The translations under genes and the position numbers were made by a program. From Podospora anserina (Eukaryota), in assembly GCA_017654855.1 (NCBI GenBank), contig CM030335.1:1612001-1676000 (forward strand): a stretch of 64,000 nt of DNA. Direction: 5' to 3'. Under the pieces are notes generated by a model. The model searched no databases. It saw only the letters and a program-made list of their open reading frames with translations, and was not told the origin of the DNA. This document shows, in pieces, positions 1 through 12,201 of this stretch (the stretch's first letter is position 1; each line of letters starts with the position of its first letter).

Positions 1-1011
1 TTGAGCGAAAGGATCAGTCGTCATGGCGAAGTGCTCCATGTGAACTCCCTTGCGGTCATTCATCATCATGTCCATTGACTGGTGGTGGGCAGGCTCGCTA
101 TCCATGGTGGATTCACCACGGGGCATCATGAACTCGCAGGCAGCGGCACCGAAGGAGTAGATCTCGAGCTTGCACATCTTCTCAGCGGGCAGGTCGGAGC
201 AGAGCTGAGCCATGGCCTGGGAGACGAGGACGGCACTATCGTTGTGGCAAAGGACGACGCAGCGGTGCATAGAGTCGTCGAGGAGAGCAGTGCGCATCTG
301 GGCGTAGAGGTTTCTGCGGACTTGGCTGGGCATCACCATGCAACGCTGGAGCATCATGCACATCATGTCGAAAGGCATACCCCAGGTGGGCATGCAGATG
401 CACATCATGGGACGGTTAAACATGCGAGAGAGCATAGGAAGGGCTTGCTGATGGCAGTGGCGAGAGCTTGTGTCGGTTAGTTGTGGTCTCTAAACACACC
501 AGGCAAAGAATGAGAGGACAAACCTCATACCCATCCCGCCCATGAACATCCACTTCTCATTGTCCATCTCCGGGCCCATCATCCAACCCTCAGACTCCAT
601 GGGGCACATGTGCATCTGCTCTCTGCCGTTGAGCATCCAGCACATGCCCATGACCATCAAGGCACAGGTGCACATCCACATGGCGAACATGGCACCAGGC
701 ATCATCATCCAGAGCGGGACAGCCATAACCATCATGCACATCTCCATGCACGTGAGCATGGTGTGTATCATCATGTCTCCCATGTCGGCCCAGGACATAT
801 GCTTGCGCTGGGTGAGCATGGCCCAGCACATGTTGGGCATCATTCGCATCATCTGCATTATTTCCTGCCACATCATTGACCACATTGGCTGCTGAGATCG
901 AGGGGTGGTACCGCAGGCGCCATCGCAAAGTGGTGGGATGTAGGTGACGGGGGTAGCCATCATCGACTTCATGGCGGCGGGCTTCATGTTCTTGTTGGCC
1001 ATCATGGGCAT
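1..1011 (-). CDS. Extremely Met/Cys-rich membrane protein related to a conserved fungal alpha/beta-hydrolase-like family; 3' end lies outside the window
   Basis: ATG at 1011 (AACATC ATG). Intron 523..467 (GTTTGT...CTAAC...CAAG) joins exon 1 in frame to an exon 2 that stays open to base 1. The product shows EKWMFMGG, LSRMFNRPMMCICMPTWGMPFDMM, CVVLCHNDSA, KLEIYSFGAAA and HMEHFA, which match in order the motifs I recall for that family (E.W.F.NG, L...F.RP..GIHN.T.G..FD, VV.I.HSQG, KLEVYTFG.AA, HIEHYA). Confidence 0.85.
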
Positions 1012-4000
1012 GATGTTGGGGTATGAACCCGTTGTTGGTGAAACCGCAAGAGATTCAGGTGGCGAGAATTGGCGCATGACCTTAAGGGCGAGTAAAACGA
1101 ATGTGGTGTAAGGAGCGTGGTGGTGAGGCAACGAACATGATGGCGCAATCTGTGATGATCGACTCGTTATAACTTTGAGGCAACGCGTCTTGGTGATTTG
1201 TGCCACTTGTTTTTTCCTCCATTCCAAACAGTGAATTCCCTGAGCCGTGCAGCCGTCGCAAGAGAGACGGACTGATACCGACCACCTGGCATTCCAGGGT
1301 AGCCAGCATCTGGCGGGCAAGCAACGTTAGCAAAAATGTAGGCAATTTCCAGTCTGCTTGTTCCAAGTTCCTAGCGTGTTGACTTATCAGCAGTCGCGTA
1401 CCTTTCCTGAGAAAGACGAGGCGCGTCTGGACCCGACAGAGCAGACCAAGCCAAGTAAGGGAGAGAATGCGGGGGTAAAATTGTTCAATAGGTCAAGATA
1501 AGTAAAATATGAGCCAACTTTATCTGCTCTTGGAACAATGACAGACATTCCGTTGTGCAGAGCTGACATCCTTTTTGATCACAGTAACTGTGGTCAGACC
1601 CCCACGTCGACCACACTGTCAAAGAAGTTGCATGTTTCCAAAGTCGGTCGTCCCAGAGCCGTTCCTTCCTCTACTTCACAGTCGACACGTCTCCCTTCTT
1701 GCCCAAAGTGACACACACGGGACTTGACAACTTCCGAGCCGGAGACACTGACCCAGAGTCTCCACCGACCTCTGGAGGGGTTTCTTCTGTAAGTCTCCCA
1801 CCCCTAGGGACATCATCCCGCCCTCCCCCTCACGGCGCCTGAACTCATCAAGACGAGTCTTTCAGGCCCGTGCTCGCTCGTCACAGAGAAGTAGGTGATA
1901 GCTTCAACCATTACCGGAAACCGTTCTTGGATGTCACCAGCTAATTACTGAAGTTTGTGAACACCGCGGGGATTTTCTCCCCTTCTGCGCGATCCCATCG
2001 AGCAACAGCTCTCCTCTCTGACACAGTCGACAGGTCACGTATTCTGCTGGGCATCGTCATATATATTCTATCGCCCTCAGTGTTGCCCATGATATCCGCC
2101 GCTTGTGCTTAGATGATGATGGCGGCGTAACATAGCGCTTCTCCGCTCAATTCCGCCTGTCAACGAGACACATTTACAGTGCTGTCGGAAGTGTTTGGCG
2201 TAATGCTTCACTTTTACCATCGGACGATGCGCTGATCTGCTCTGGTTTGGGACAAATGCAGCAACAACACGGCCCCAGGGCTCGCTAGAGAAGTGTCACC
2301 CTCCAGCAGAGCAAAAGGACACCGACTTGCATGGGAGATGAGAATCTCCGGTGCCACAACATGCCCCATATATGAACCAACTCCTCAGCCGGTATTCTGG
2401 CTTCACTTGCCGCCAAACCTCCTTCGACATTCTCTTCAGCAGTCTCGCATTCAACGTGAGGTTGGTATCAAATCTCCCGGTCAGCTACCATGAGCCCTTC
2501 ACTCGCTGGCGACATAGTCCGAAATGATATCCGCCGCGACAATGGAGTGGTCCTTCCCGTCCCACAAGCTTGGGCTGGTGTTTTTTTATTTCGGGACGCC
2601 TATATGAATCGATGCGCACGATCATACCCTGACGATCCATCCTCCCCGCAAGTTGTCACGTTATGTGCCTGTCAATCTGCCTGCCGCCCTGGGTAAATCA
2701 GCCCCGCGAACGTCACATCAGCCACCACCCCTCTCCGTCCCGATCACTTATACGTTCCCGGGGAGAACAGGAGGTCTCTTCCGTAATCATATTGACGTGT
2801 CTAGCAGCGCTTCTCTTCCGTGCAGTCCGGCAGGCTCTCCACCCCTGTGCCCTCCTTTTCCGGCCGGCCCTGGCGAGATCTCTGTGCTATGTCAGTTCGC
2901 AGCGGAACGGTGTGGCTGCTACCCAGGTTTTCTCGTTGATTTTCATGTTGATCAGGAACAGATATTTCCCGCACGAATGATTTTCTGGTATCCCATGCGA
3001 CCACCTCTAGCTGTTGGGTTTGTTCAAATCACTTCTATGCTTTATCGGAAAATAAAAATCGACATGGATTGCGGTTGGATCTGGCAGGAGAATCAGGCTT
3101 CATAGTCGGAGAATGGACCACCTATCCAGATTTCAGCAGCGCTCTTCAGGCCTAATGTTTTCTCTTGACATCATTGCGTTGCATCACTCAATAACTGAGA
3201 CCTCGACAGGATGTAGGTAGAGGGGCCGGGATATTGAGTTCGCTGGTTTTCTCAACGTTCCATCAAAGAGACGGTGAAAAGGGGCACCAATGGGAAATTT
3301 TCTCTTGTCTCTGGCCGAACAGGACCTCCCTCTTGGCGGCTGAACACCACATCCGTGGATGTCTGATCATAAGGGCCAGCAGCCGCGGCATATTTGTCTA
3401 CCGCGGCATATAGGAGTCTGCACATTGGGAAACCTGTTTGCCTTCACTTCATGGCATGGCTTGAGCCAATGGACGCCCGAACAACATAACATAGTGCCTG
3501 ATTCTGACTATCTGGTTACTTTGTGGTGAGTTGGTACCTACTATATGTTCATTTACTGGGTTATCTATGATCAGCACGACTCTTTCCTATTCTTGCCAAG
3601 TACATGAGCGGGTGTGCTGAAGCTATCGTGAAGGCCAGAGCCACCAAGAGAAGTCCAACCTCGAAGCACGAGCTACTTTATTCTCATGCCAGTTGACATC
3701 ATCTCTGCCAAAAGTAGAGACCTCCGAGATGCAACTAGGACCTTGCCACAACCAACATCTCGATCCCTTCACGAAGAAAACTTGGAATAGCGTCGCAAGC
3801 AGAAACTGGAGACATGGGCTCTGCTGCCTCGAGATCAGAGACTCTATCGAACATACTGTTTCGATGGAGGTCTCTGTGGAAGACAACCGCGCGATCAAGT
3901 CCGACGACGACGATAAATAGAGGCTTCATCTCCTCGTTTTGGACACCATTCTTCTCACCAGCAGTAGCAAGCACCAGCAGCACCAGCCTCTCTCCTGATC

Positions 4001-4059
4001 TCACCAACCAGCAAAACTCAAACTTGATCTTTCCCAAAGACCCAAACCAAACACGAAAA

Positions 4060-4806
4060 ATGAAGACCGCCATCTTCTCCCTCCTTGCCCTGGCCACCTC
4101 GTCCCTCGCAGGGCCCGTCGTGGCGGAGAGCCAGCTCTCTCCCCGCCAGCTCGAGAGCCAGGCTGATCAGCTCGACACTCTGCTTGCTCTTGTGCAGACC
4201 CATACCGGCAACATTAGTACGCCACGCCTTTCACCTTCACGTTCCACCCCTTGCTGACATTGACCACTTCACCAGACTCCACCACCGCCGCGGTCCAAGA
4301 CAACCCCTCCGTCGACCAGCAAAACGCCGCCGCCGCCGCCCTCGCCCCCGACTTCAACGCCATCACCAGCGCTCTCACCTCGGCCACCACCCTCCTTGCC
4401 AAGCGCGCATGGGAGGACACTGTTATCTTTGCCCGCACCGGCGGCGATGACAAGGATGGTGGCCACGGCGGCGGCAAGGACGGCCCGAATAAGTCCTGCG
4501 CTAAGGAGTGTCTCCTTGTCAAGATTGAGCTCTTGGTTTGGGAGATTGCTTGCACGATCAAGTTGGTGATTATCAAGCTTGGGTTGGGTAAGCTTTCCCA
4601 GCTGGACCAGAAGAGGGGGGGAAGTGATGCTAACAAGGGAAATAGCTTGCGTCCTCCAGATTCTGACTCCGTTGTTGTTGGCTCTTGTTGGGTTGATCAA
4701 GGCTCTTGATAAGGTTGTGCTGGGGTTGGTGATTGTGGTTAAGGCGCTGCTGCACACTATTTTGGGGACTGTGGCTGGGGCTTTGTTGGCGCTTATTATC
4801 TGGTAA
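4060..4806 (+). CDS. Small secreted protein with a very hydrophobic Leu/Ile/Lys-rich C-terminal half (3 exons)
   Basis: Signal peptide MKTAIFSLLALATSSLAG. Introns 4217..4275 and 4588..4645 (GT..CTGAC/CTAAC..AG) splice in frame. Stop TAA 4804-4806. ATAAATA upstream at about 3913. Confidence 0.85.
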
Positions 4807-5563
4807 GGTGGTGCCAGAAGCTTGTGGCTGGAAGAGAGAGGTTGCTATGATGGGGTTGAGAAGTGCGGTGGATAATATGTAATACATGCTTTGCTGGTGG
4901 AAATCGAAGGAGACGGCTTGGGGGCTGGTTGGGGATGGGGGGTCGCTTTGCAGAGTTGATGATGCTGGGTGTCATATCTGTCGTTTACGCTTCGCTTCGT
5001 TGTTGTTGGGTTCTTGCTAGCTACATTATTGCAGTAGTTTACTGTCGTTAATCTCAGTCTTCTCCAATCTTGGCAGCTCGACCTGCTACAGTGACCGTGG
5101 TTGGTGATATGCCTACCTAGTATGGAAAGGCTATGGATCCATAGTCCACTCAGGTAGGAAACAGGAAAGCACCAAGGATTTGGTTGATCAGGAAACGCCC
5201 AGCACGTGTTGAGATTTGAGTAGCCACTGGCCAGCATGCCCACAGCCGTCGTCATGCCGGTCATCACCCGGCAACATTTGTCGAGGAGTAACCCCGTGAT
5301 GGCAAGACAGTGGGCCTATATATACCCCAAGTCTGCTCCAAGCAACCAGCGAAGTAGCTAACGTAGCTAGATTCATTGATTTAGTAGCTCAGTGATCAGT
5401 ATCTGAATCCACACTGGCTGACCATCAGTATGAAAGTCCGGAGACCACCATTAGAGCTCTTCGCTTCAGGTAGTGGGTTCGATCCCTTTATAACTACCTT
5501 TTTTTTCCTTTTCTTTCGACTTTTTTTTTATATCAACACTTGCACAATTTTCCCAACAGTGAG

Positions 5564-5771
<208 letters not shown>

Positions 5772-5997
5772 TACAAGAGAGAGAAATGTGATTAATTACA
5801 TATCATTCATTACCTGTCCAACCACTTACGTACAAGAAAAAAAACGCCCGGGTCCAACCTGCGACCACACCGCACTGGGTATTACCTCTCTTCGCCGTCA
5901 TCGTCGTCGTTCACGATCGGCATACACCTCGCCAAATTGCAAGTTTTGCATGCTTTCCCTCTGCCCATTCTCCCCGTTCAAGTTACTATCCTCCCCA

Positions 5998-6861
5998 TCA
6001 CCCCTCAACCATAAACTTAGGCCCACTAACCACCACCGCCACAGCCCCCAAGTTCATCTCGGGGCTCATCTCCGGTAAATACCCCTTCAACCAGCAATTT
6101 CCTCCCACCTTGGGTAATATCGTCGTCAGGTTTGCACTAAACCCCACCCCAACACACGTGTTGTTCCGTGCTATGTTGTTGTAGATCGCGCAAGCCTTTA
6201 TGCAGTCTTCAAAGGTGTAGCTTGTCATCCCTGTCAAATCCACGCCTACTCCTTTGAAGTCCATCATGCAGTTCACGTCGAACGACCAGCTGTTTGTGCC
6301 CAGGGTGATGATCTGCCGAGAGATGGCTATGCGGCCGCAGTCGAAATCCAGAAGGCCGAGGCGGGGGACGGTGATGGCTTCGGGGCCGGTGGTTTGGGTT
6401 GGGGAGGGAGGAGAGGTGATGGTTACTGTTGTGGGGAGGGGACAGAGGGAAGATTCACTGTGGTTGGTGGTTAGTGGCTCGTTAATAGGAGAGAAAGGCT
6501 GGGGGAAGAGGTACCTCCGTGCGTTGGCCACTGCTGTTGTCCCTGCTACTCCGCCGACGATTATGGCGATGAGACTCACCACCGCTAGTGCTACACTCAG
6601 GAAGAAGGTTGGTCGACGAAAGCCCCATATTGTTGGTCCGGTGTTGTTGTCCTTGTCTTTCCCACCTTTGGTGGTGAATTCGCTGATGCCTTCCTCTTTG
6701 TCTCCAGCTGATGTCGTTGAGAACTCGTACATCCCCAAGGGGCTCTTTGGCGGCCATTTCTTCGGACTCCAAGGGCCGGGGGATTGAATCCTGAGTTGGT
6801 TCCGGCGGAAGATGTGAGAGAGGGACTTGACCGGTGGCCCGACTGCTTCTGGGGCGTCCAT
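5998..6861 (-). CDS. Single-pass membrane protein with a C-terminal Cys-rich apple/PAN-like domain
   Basis: TM segment FFLSVALAVVSLIAIIVGGVAG after WGFRRP, then a Ser/Thr/Pro stalk, then C..DF...SYTFEDCIKAC...C.GV.F...GNCWLK. Probable in-frame intron 6514..6458. Confidence 0.8.
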   Translation of the reverse strand: MDAPEAVGPPVKSLSHIFRRNQLRIQSPGPWSPKKWPPKSPLGMYEFSTTSAGDKEEGISEFTTKGGKDKDNNTGPTIWGFRRPTFFLSVALAVVSLIAIIVGGVAGTTAVANARRYLFPQPFSPINEPLTTNHSESSLCPLPTTVTITSPPSPTQTTGPEAITVPRLGLLDFDCGRIAISRQIITLGTNSWSFDVNCMMDFKGVGVDLTGMTSYTFEDCIKACAIYNNIARNNTCVGVGFSANLTTILPKVGGNCWLKGYLPEMSPEMNLGAVAVVVSGPKFMVEG

Positions 6862-8087
6862 GTTGTGTGTGAGTAATTATGTGAATAATAAGGTAGCCTT
6901 ATGTTGTCGCCGGCCAGGGCGTTGTGTTGTCAAGTTGCGCGCGCGAGATGGTCACCAAATCATACGGTGTCGTGTCATGATCGAACGAGTGTGTGGGTAG
7001 AAGGAGAGAGCAAAATGAAAAACATCTCCCGTCCACATCATCCCTGGGGGGAGGTGGTGCTCGGGTAGTGTATGAACAGAACTCAAAACCGGAGAGATAC
7101 TCTATCAGGGGTGGGGTTTGAAAATGCCGTCTGCATTTTGTCGCGCGTGTCTCCTCTCGGGCTTCGAATGACACAGGCACACAGCATTGGGTGTGAACTG
7201 TGCCGTCACCCAAGATCGGAACAGGAAACCCCTCAATCCTTCCAATCGTGAAATTTAAGCTTGTTGTTTTAGTGTTGGGCAGGCGGGAAATCGCTGACAG
7301 GAGGCGGGAGTACGGCACGGGTGAGACTGTCTCAGAAAACGGGGTTGATGTTGCATAACGAGCCGCAGATCTTTGTGTTTGATATTCCAATCACCCACAG
7401 ACCCGGTCAATAAGCAAGCTTGAACCAGCGACAAGAGACGGGGTTTCTGAAAGTTCAGTTGCCGTCAACCCGGGAAGTGGATTGATGAGGAATAGCTATT
7501 GAATCCGGGAATTTGTTACTGGTTGTCCCGAGGGGCAGTCCTATGTGAAAGTCATCACACCTTTTCCAACCATAGTCCCAGCTAGGTATGTACTTATGTA
7601 ATCCCAACTTTATACATCCGTGATCACAGCTCTGTATACTTGCCATTACAGCTTCAAAGACAAGTTGATCAAGTGATTATGGTGCTGTTGGGCTTGCCAG
7701 AAAGGTGGCAACAGGCCGACATTGTTGAACAAGTAGGCGGCGACTGCTGAGTACTCCAAGGCACGTGCAAGGAGCTGAAAAATTAGCCCTGAATAAGATA
7801 TTGGATGGCAACTACGACCGACTTTCTAATGAGCAGTTGCGGCCGAAATTGTGGGGACCAGGGTAGCATATCGCTCATCTGTGGAGCTGGCAGAGAAAGA
7901 GAGGCTCCCAGCTCCTTTATCTAGAGCCATTCACTTGCTCCGCCTGAGGATTCACCGAAATTTCTGATCTTCCCCACACTAACCGGCTGTTCTAAGCATC
8001 TATCAGAAGCCTGCCAAACGCTTTTCAAAGCTCCCACCGCAGCTTGAACCAAACAACCCACACAGGCTCCAAGCCAAGACCGACAAG

Positions 8088-8890
8088 ATGTTGTCCATTC
8101 CCGCCATGCTCGCCAGTCTACTGACCTTCACCTGCGTAGGATCTACCCCCTCAACAACCTTACCTCTCAACGGAGAAGCCACTAATACAATCCTACAGAC
8201 CATCTACAGCTCCCCCGTCTTCTGGCCTTCCCCCCCCATCAACAACAGCAGCAGCAACAGCAGCTCCGGCGGCTTCTCGGGCTACAAGATCGTTCCCATC
8301 CAGTGGGACCTCCCCCATTGACCCCTCCGCCCCCGATACCAGCACCAGAGTCACCGTCACCAGGACAGTCCAGGACGCCATTGCCCAGATGGAAGCCTCC
8401 CACCCCGGCTGGAACACCAGCTTTCACGCCCAGCTCGTTGGCATGGGTATCACCACATCGTCAAAGGCCTCCGTCTTGACCGACGAGCCGGAGAGCTACG
8501 GATGCCTGACCGATAGAGTTTCCTTGACCTGGTCAAGGGAGATTGCCCAAGGCATTGATTACCTCCGACGGGTGTCGGGGATGGCAAAGAACAGGCCCGG
8601 ACCGGGCAACTGCGGGAGGGTGAGCTGCAATTGGAATGCGGCTATTTGGTTTTGCAACGATGTAAGTCGTTCGTCCTCACTGATAGCTTGGGAGCGTTTG
8701 GTCTTTGTGACGGTGGCTGACAAATCTATAATTTTTGTAGAACAAGTACGAGAAAGAGGTTGAGTGGAACTCGATTGCAGATGGAGCGGAGTGGGTGCTG
8801 GATAGATGCACAATAAAGCAGCAGTGGGTGGCTGGGGTGTCGACGTATACGGATGGATGGAACGTACGGGTTAGATCCGACGTGTGTTAA
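8088..8890 (+). pseudogene. Secreted Cys-containing protein (GPGNCGRVSCxWNAAIWxCND type) with a single +1 frameshift (pseudogene or sequencing error)
   Basis: Signal peptide with probable intron 8136..8198. The frame breaks at the C5 run 8312-8316 (WDLPH* versus WDLPIDPSAP...). Intron 8662..8740 leads to a last exon NKYEKEVEW...VRSDVC* ending TAA at 8890. Confidence 0.7.
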
Positions 8891-9164
8891 ATCATGGCTG
8901 AGGTACCCGTAATGGTTCGAGGTTTCTGGAGAGTCCGAAAACATGGAAGAGTCAGGTCCGGCGCTGATTCAGACAATCATGATCGACAGCTTTAAGCATG
9001 TGTCTGCCTCCCAACATTACCACATTGATCGTGATATTGGGATGTTGAGGAATGTGCATACGAGGTTGCTCACTACATCCATCACACCATGGTGTTAAAA
9101 GTTGTCCAAATCGCCATTTCATCTATCAAGCCATTATTGGCGCCTTACATCCTCTGAAGTCCAT

Positions 9165-12100
9165 CTATTCCAGAATGATCGCCGTCTCCAACCTCAAATC
9201 CCGACTGCTCGCCCCGATCTGAACCTTGTACTCTCCCCTCCTCATCCTCCACTGCTGCTTGACGACATCCCACACACTCAAGTCCCTTCTTGTCAACTCA
9301 AAGATCACCTGTCTTGTCTCCCCCGGCGCAAGAGGTCCTACCTTCTTGAACCCTCTCAGCTGTCTAACCGGTGTCTTCCCGTCCTTTTCAAAATTCGGCA
9401 CACCGAGATAAAGCTGCGCAACCTCTGCTCCGTGCAGATCGCCAGTATTGGTGATGTGACATGTCATTACCGCCACTACATCCCACAAGTCTGGATGTCC
9501 GCCTTGAACGATTTCCTTGTTTTTCTCGGGCCACTCCCCCATGTTGGTATCGACACGGGGTTTGGCAGTGGTATGCAAGGATGAATACGAGAATGAGGTG
9601 TAGCTCAATCCAAACCCGAATTCGAATCTGGGTGTGATGCCATCTCTGTCAAAGGCTCGGTAATCGAGCAAGACACCCTCTCTGGAAAAGTCATCTTCGG
9701 GAAAATCTTCGTCTTCTGCTCCTGCTGGATCGAGGACAGCGCCGTAGTCTTGCTCTGATTTGGCAATGGTGTATGGCAGGCGGCCGGATGGGTTGACGTC
9801 GCCCCAGAGAATGTCAACCAGACTGTTGCCGGATTCTTGACCTGGTAGGCCGGCCATGACGACGGCTGTTACGTTGGGGTGGGTGATGAATGCTTCGACT
9901 AAGCGGATGCCGGTGGAGTGGACGATGACGATGGTGTTGCTGCACCAGCTGGCTACGTTGAGCACGAGGTCGTCGCTGAATTTGTCGGTCAGGTTCTTTC
10001 TGTCGAATGACTCGGATGCGTAAGAGTTGATGAAGACTGTGCAGGCGTCTGCGTTGAGGTATGGCGTGGGGTTGCCAGACCAAAAGTCCCAGCGAAGAAT
10101 GCCCCCTTCTTTCCGTACTCGATGCTGAATCGCCTCAAACGGGCTGACCACATACGGCGGTGTGGTACTCCCCGATCCACCCCCAGTAATCAAGGTCCCA
10201 TTAAACGTCTCCCACCCATAATTCTCCTCATACCCACCCCCATACCGATCCCTGTTCGTCCACGGACTGGCCTTCACCTGAGCATCATACCCAAAAACGC
10301 AAACAAACCTCCGCTTCCTCCCCAACGGCAACGTCCCCTTCTCATTCTTCACCACCACCGTCCCCGCCGCCCCAACCTCTCTAATCAACCCCCCATGATC
10401 CTCCATCACATCCACCGCCCCATGCCTCTCCAAATTCCCCCATATCGCCCTCTCCGGATATCCCCTATCCTGGCCCAGCAGATACCACCCCGCCAACACC
10501 CTCCTCGCCATATCATCCACCCTCTCCTCACTCACACTCCCATTCCTCACCGCCTCCCCCAAACTGCTCCCCCAAAACCCCTTCCCCGGCATCACCAAAT
10601 CCAACCCCGCATTCGCACTCCCCACCCCACTGACCTGCCCATCCCAATCACTAACCACAAACCCCTCAAACCCCAACTCTTGCTTCAACACCCCATTGAT
10701 CAACTTGGAATTCTGACACCCATACGAGTGGTTAACCCGCTGGTAACTACACATCACCCCCCCCATCCCCTCCTTCAACCCCTCCATAAAAGGCCAAACA
10801 TACACCTCATGCAACGTCCTATCATCAACCTCGGTACTAACAGCATGCCGTCCATTATCCCAATCCCACCTCCTCCTCGTCTCCTGCTCATTTCCCACCC
10901 AGTGTTTCCCCACCGCTACCACACCCTGCTCTTGCATAGCTCTTGTCACCTTCCCAAATAACTTTCCCGCCAGATAGGGGTCTGGTCCTCCCCCTTCCCA
11001 GCTCCTCCCCCCTTTGATTATCCTGCCTATGGGCCCGGCGACGGGACCAAGAGCAATGTTTACACCGCGGTTGTGAAACTCCCTACCTAAGGCGCGGCCA
11101 TAAAGGGACATGAGATCTGTGTCAAAGGTCGCGGCGAGATGGACACCCGCGGGAAAGGCGGAGACATATTCCTGGCCGCGGAGAGAGGCAGGGCCATCGG
11201 CTATGCAGAGGGAGGGGATGGATAGTCTGGGGATTGGGGCGGTGTTACCCACGCATGGGCCCGCATGGCCGATGGTGAGGTTGAGTTTTTCTTGGAGGGT
11301 AAGGTTGGAGACAAGGAGGGAGGCGAGGTGGTGGGGGTGGAACCAGAGGGGGGTGGTGCCGTTGGCGGTTGCTTGGTAGGGATAGTAATGTTAGTACGAG
11401 AAAAATATATTGTTTTGAGAAAGTTGTGCCCCGGTGATCAAAGGTTGCGGTACGAGTGGGTTGGTTTGTAGTGTTGGGTTACATTGGATGTAGCTTTAGG
11501 TATGTGTGGTCGATCATAATAGGGCTGATATCATAGAATAGGGGCAAGACATACGGGCAGGATAAACCGGTGGACTGCGGCCATAGAATGGCAGTTCTGA
11601 AGGGGCCTTGTATGGTACAAACTCATCCCTGTGCTCTTGCTCGATGAGGATAGGCTTTTGATGATTTCGAGATGTGTGCGGGTTGGCGAGGGTTTGAATG
11701 GCTGACAGCACCGAGATGGCGGCTTTCTTGGTGCTGAGCTTCCACTTTGGGGTCTTGCCAACTGCACTTCCTCCGCCTGCAGATCGTGGGTTTGGGCCCC
11801 AGAAGCTGGCATAGCGGCCAATGTTCTCGAGACACTTCATGATGGGCAGGATGATGTGTGTGGTGAGTTGTCGGGCTAAGATGGTAGTGGTATGCGGCTA
11901 TCAATGCATGTCACAAAGCTGGGTGGCGGTTCGTTAGGCTGGTACCGAGAGCAGCCGGGCAGATAGCGGCAGTGAGAAGCAGGGTCACCAAGACAGCCTG
12001 ACGGATGATGAACGAGTGAGAGGAGTGAGATGAAATGGATGTTGTATGACAAAAAGTCCTTCTTTTTGTGAGAGTGAGATCTTTCTGACCGCCTGTCGTT

Positions 12101-12201
12101 TGTTGAGAGCTGCACATGGGTTGTTTGCTGCAAGGCCCGGGCCGCGGTGTGGCCATGGCGGGGTCGGTCCCGGTGCGCTGGGTCACCAGCAGGGCATCCA
12201 T
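9165..12201 (-). CDS. Glycoside hydrolase family 3 beta-glucosidase (3 exons; start at 12201 or 12156)
   Basis: GH3 motifs YGRSPPVYP, IADGPASLR, GGRSWEG, KHWVGNEQE, nucleophile VVSDW, GQESGNS, PSGRLPYTI, FEFGFGLSYT and a C-terminal Fn3-like QLRGFKK...IGASSRD. Introns 11945..11876 and 11553..11372 splice in frame. Confidence 0.95.

Noticed and set aside
82-928. His-rich and Ile/Met-rich ORFs (82..480+, 542..895+, 610..879+, 590..928-)
   Set aside because: Antisense or alternate-frame shadows of the ATG-rich real gene; the many CAT triplets are reverse-complement Met codons.
10122-10961. 279-aa Pro-rich plus-strand ORF
   Set aside because: Antisense to the G-rich part of the GH3 gene.
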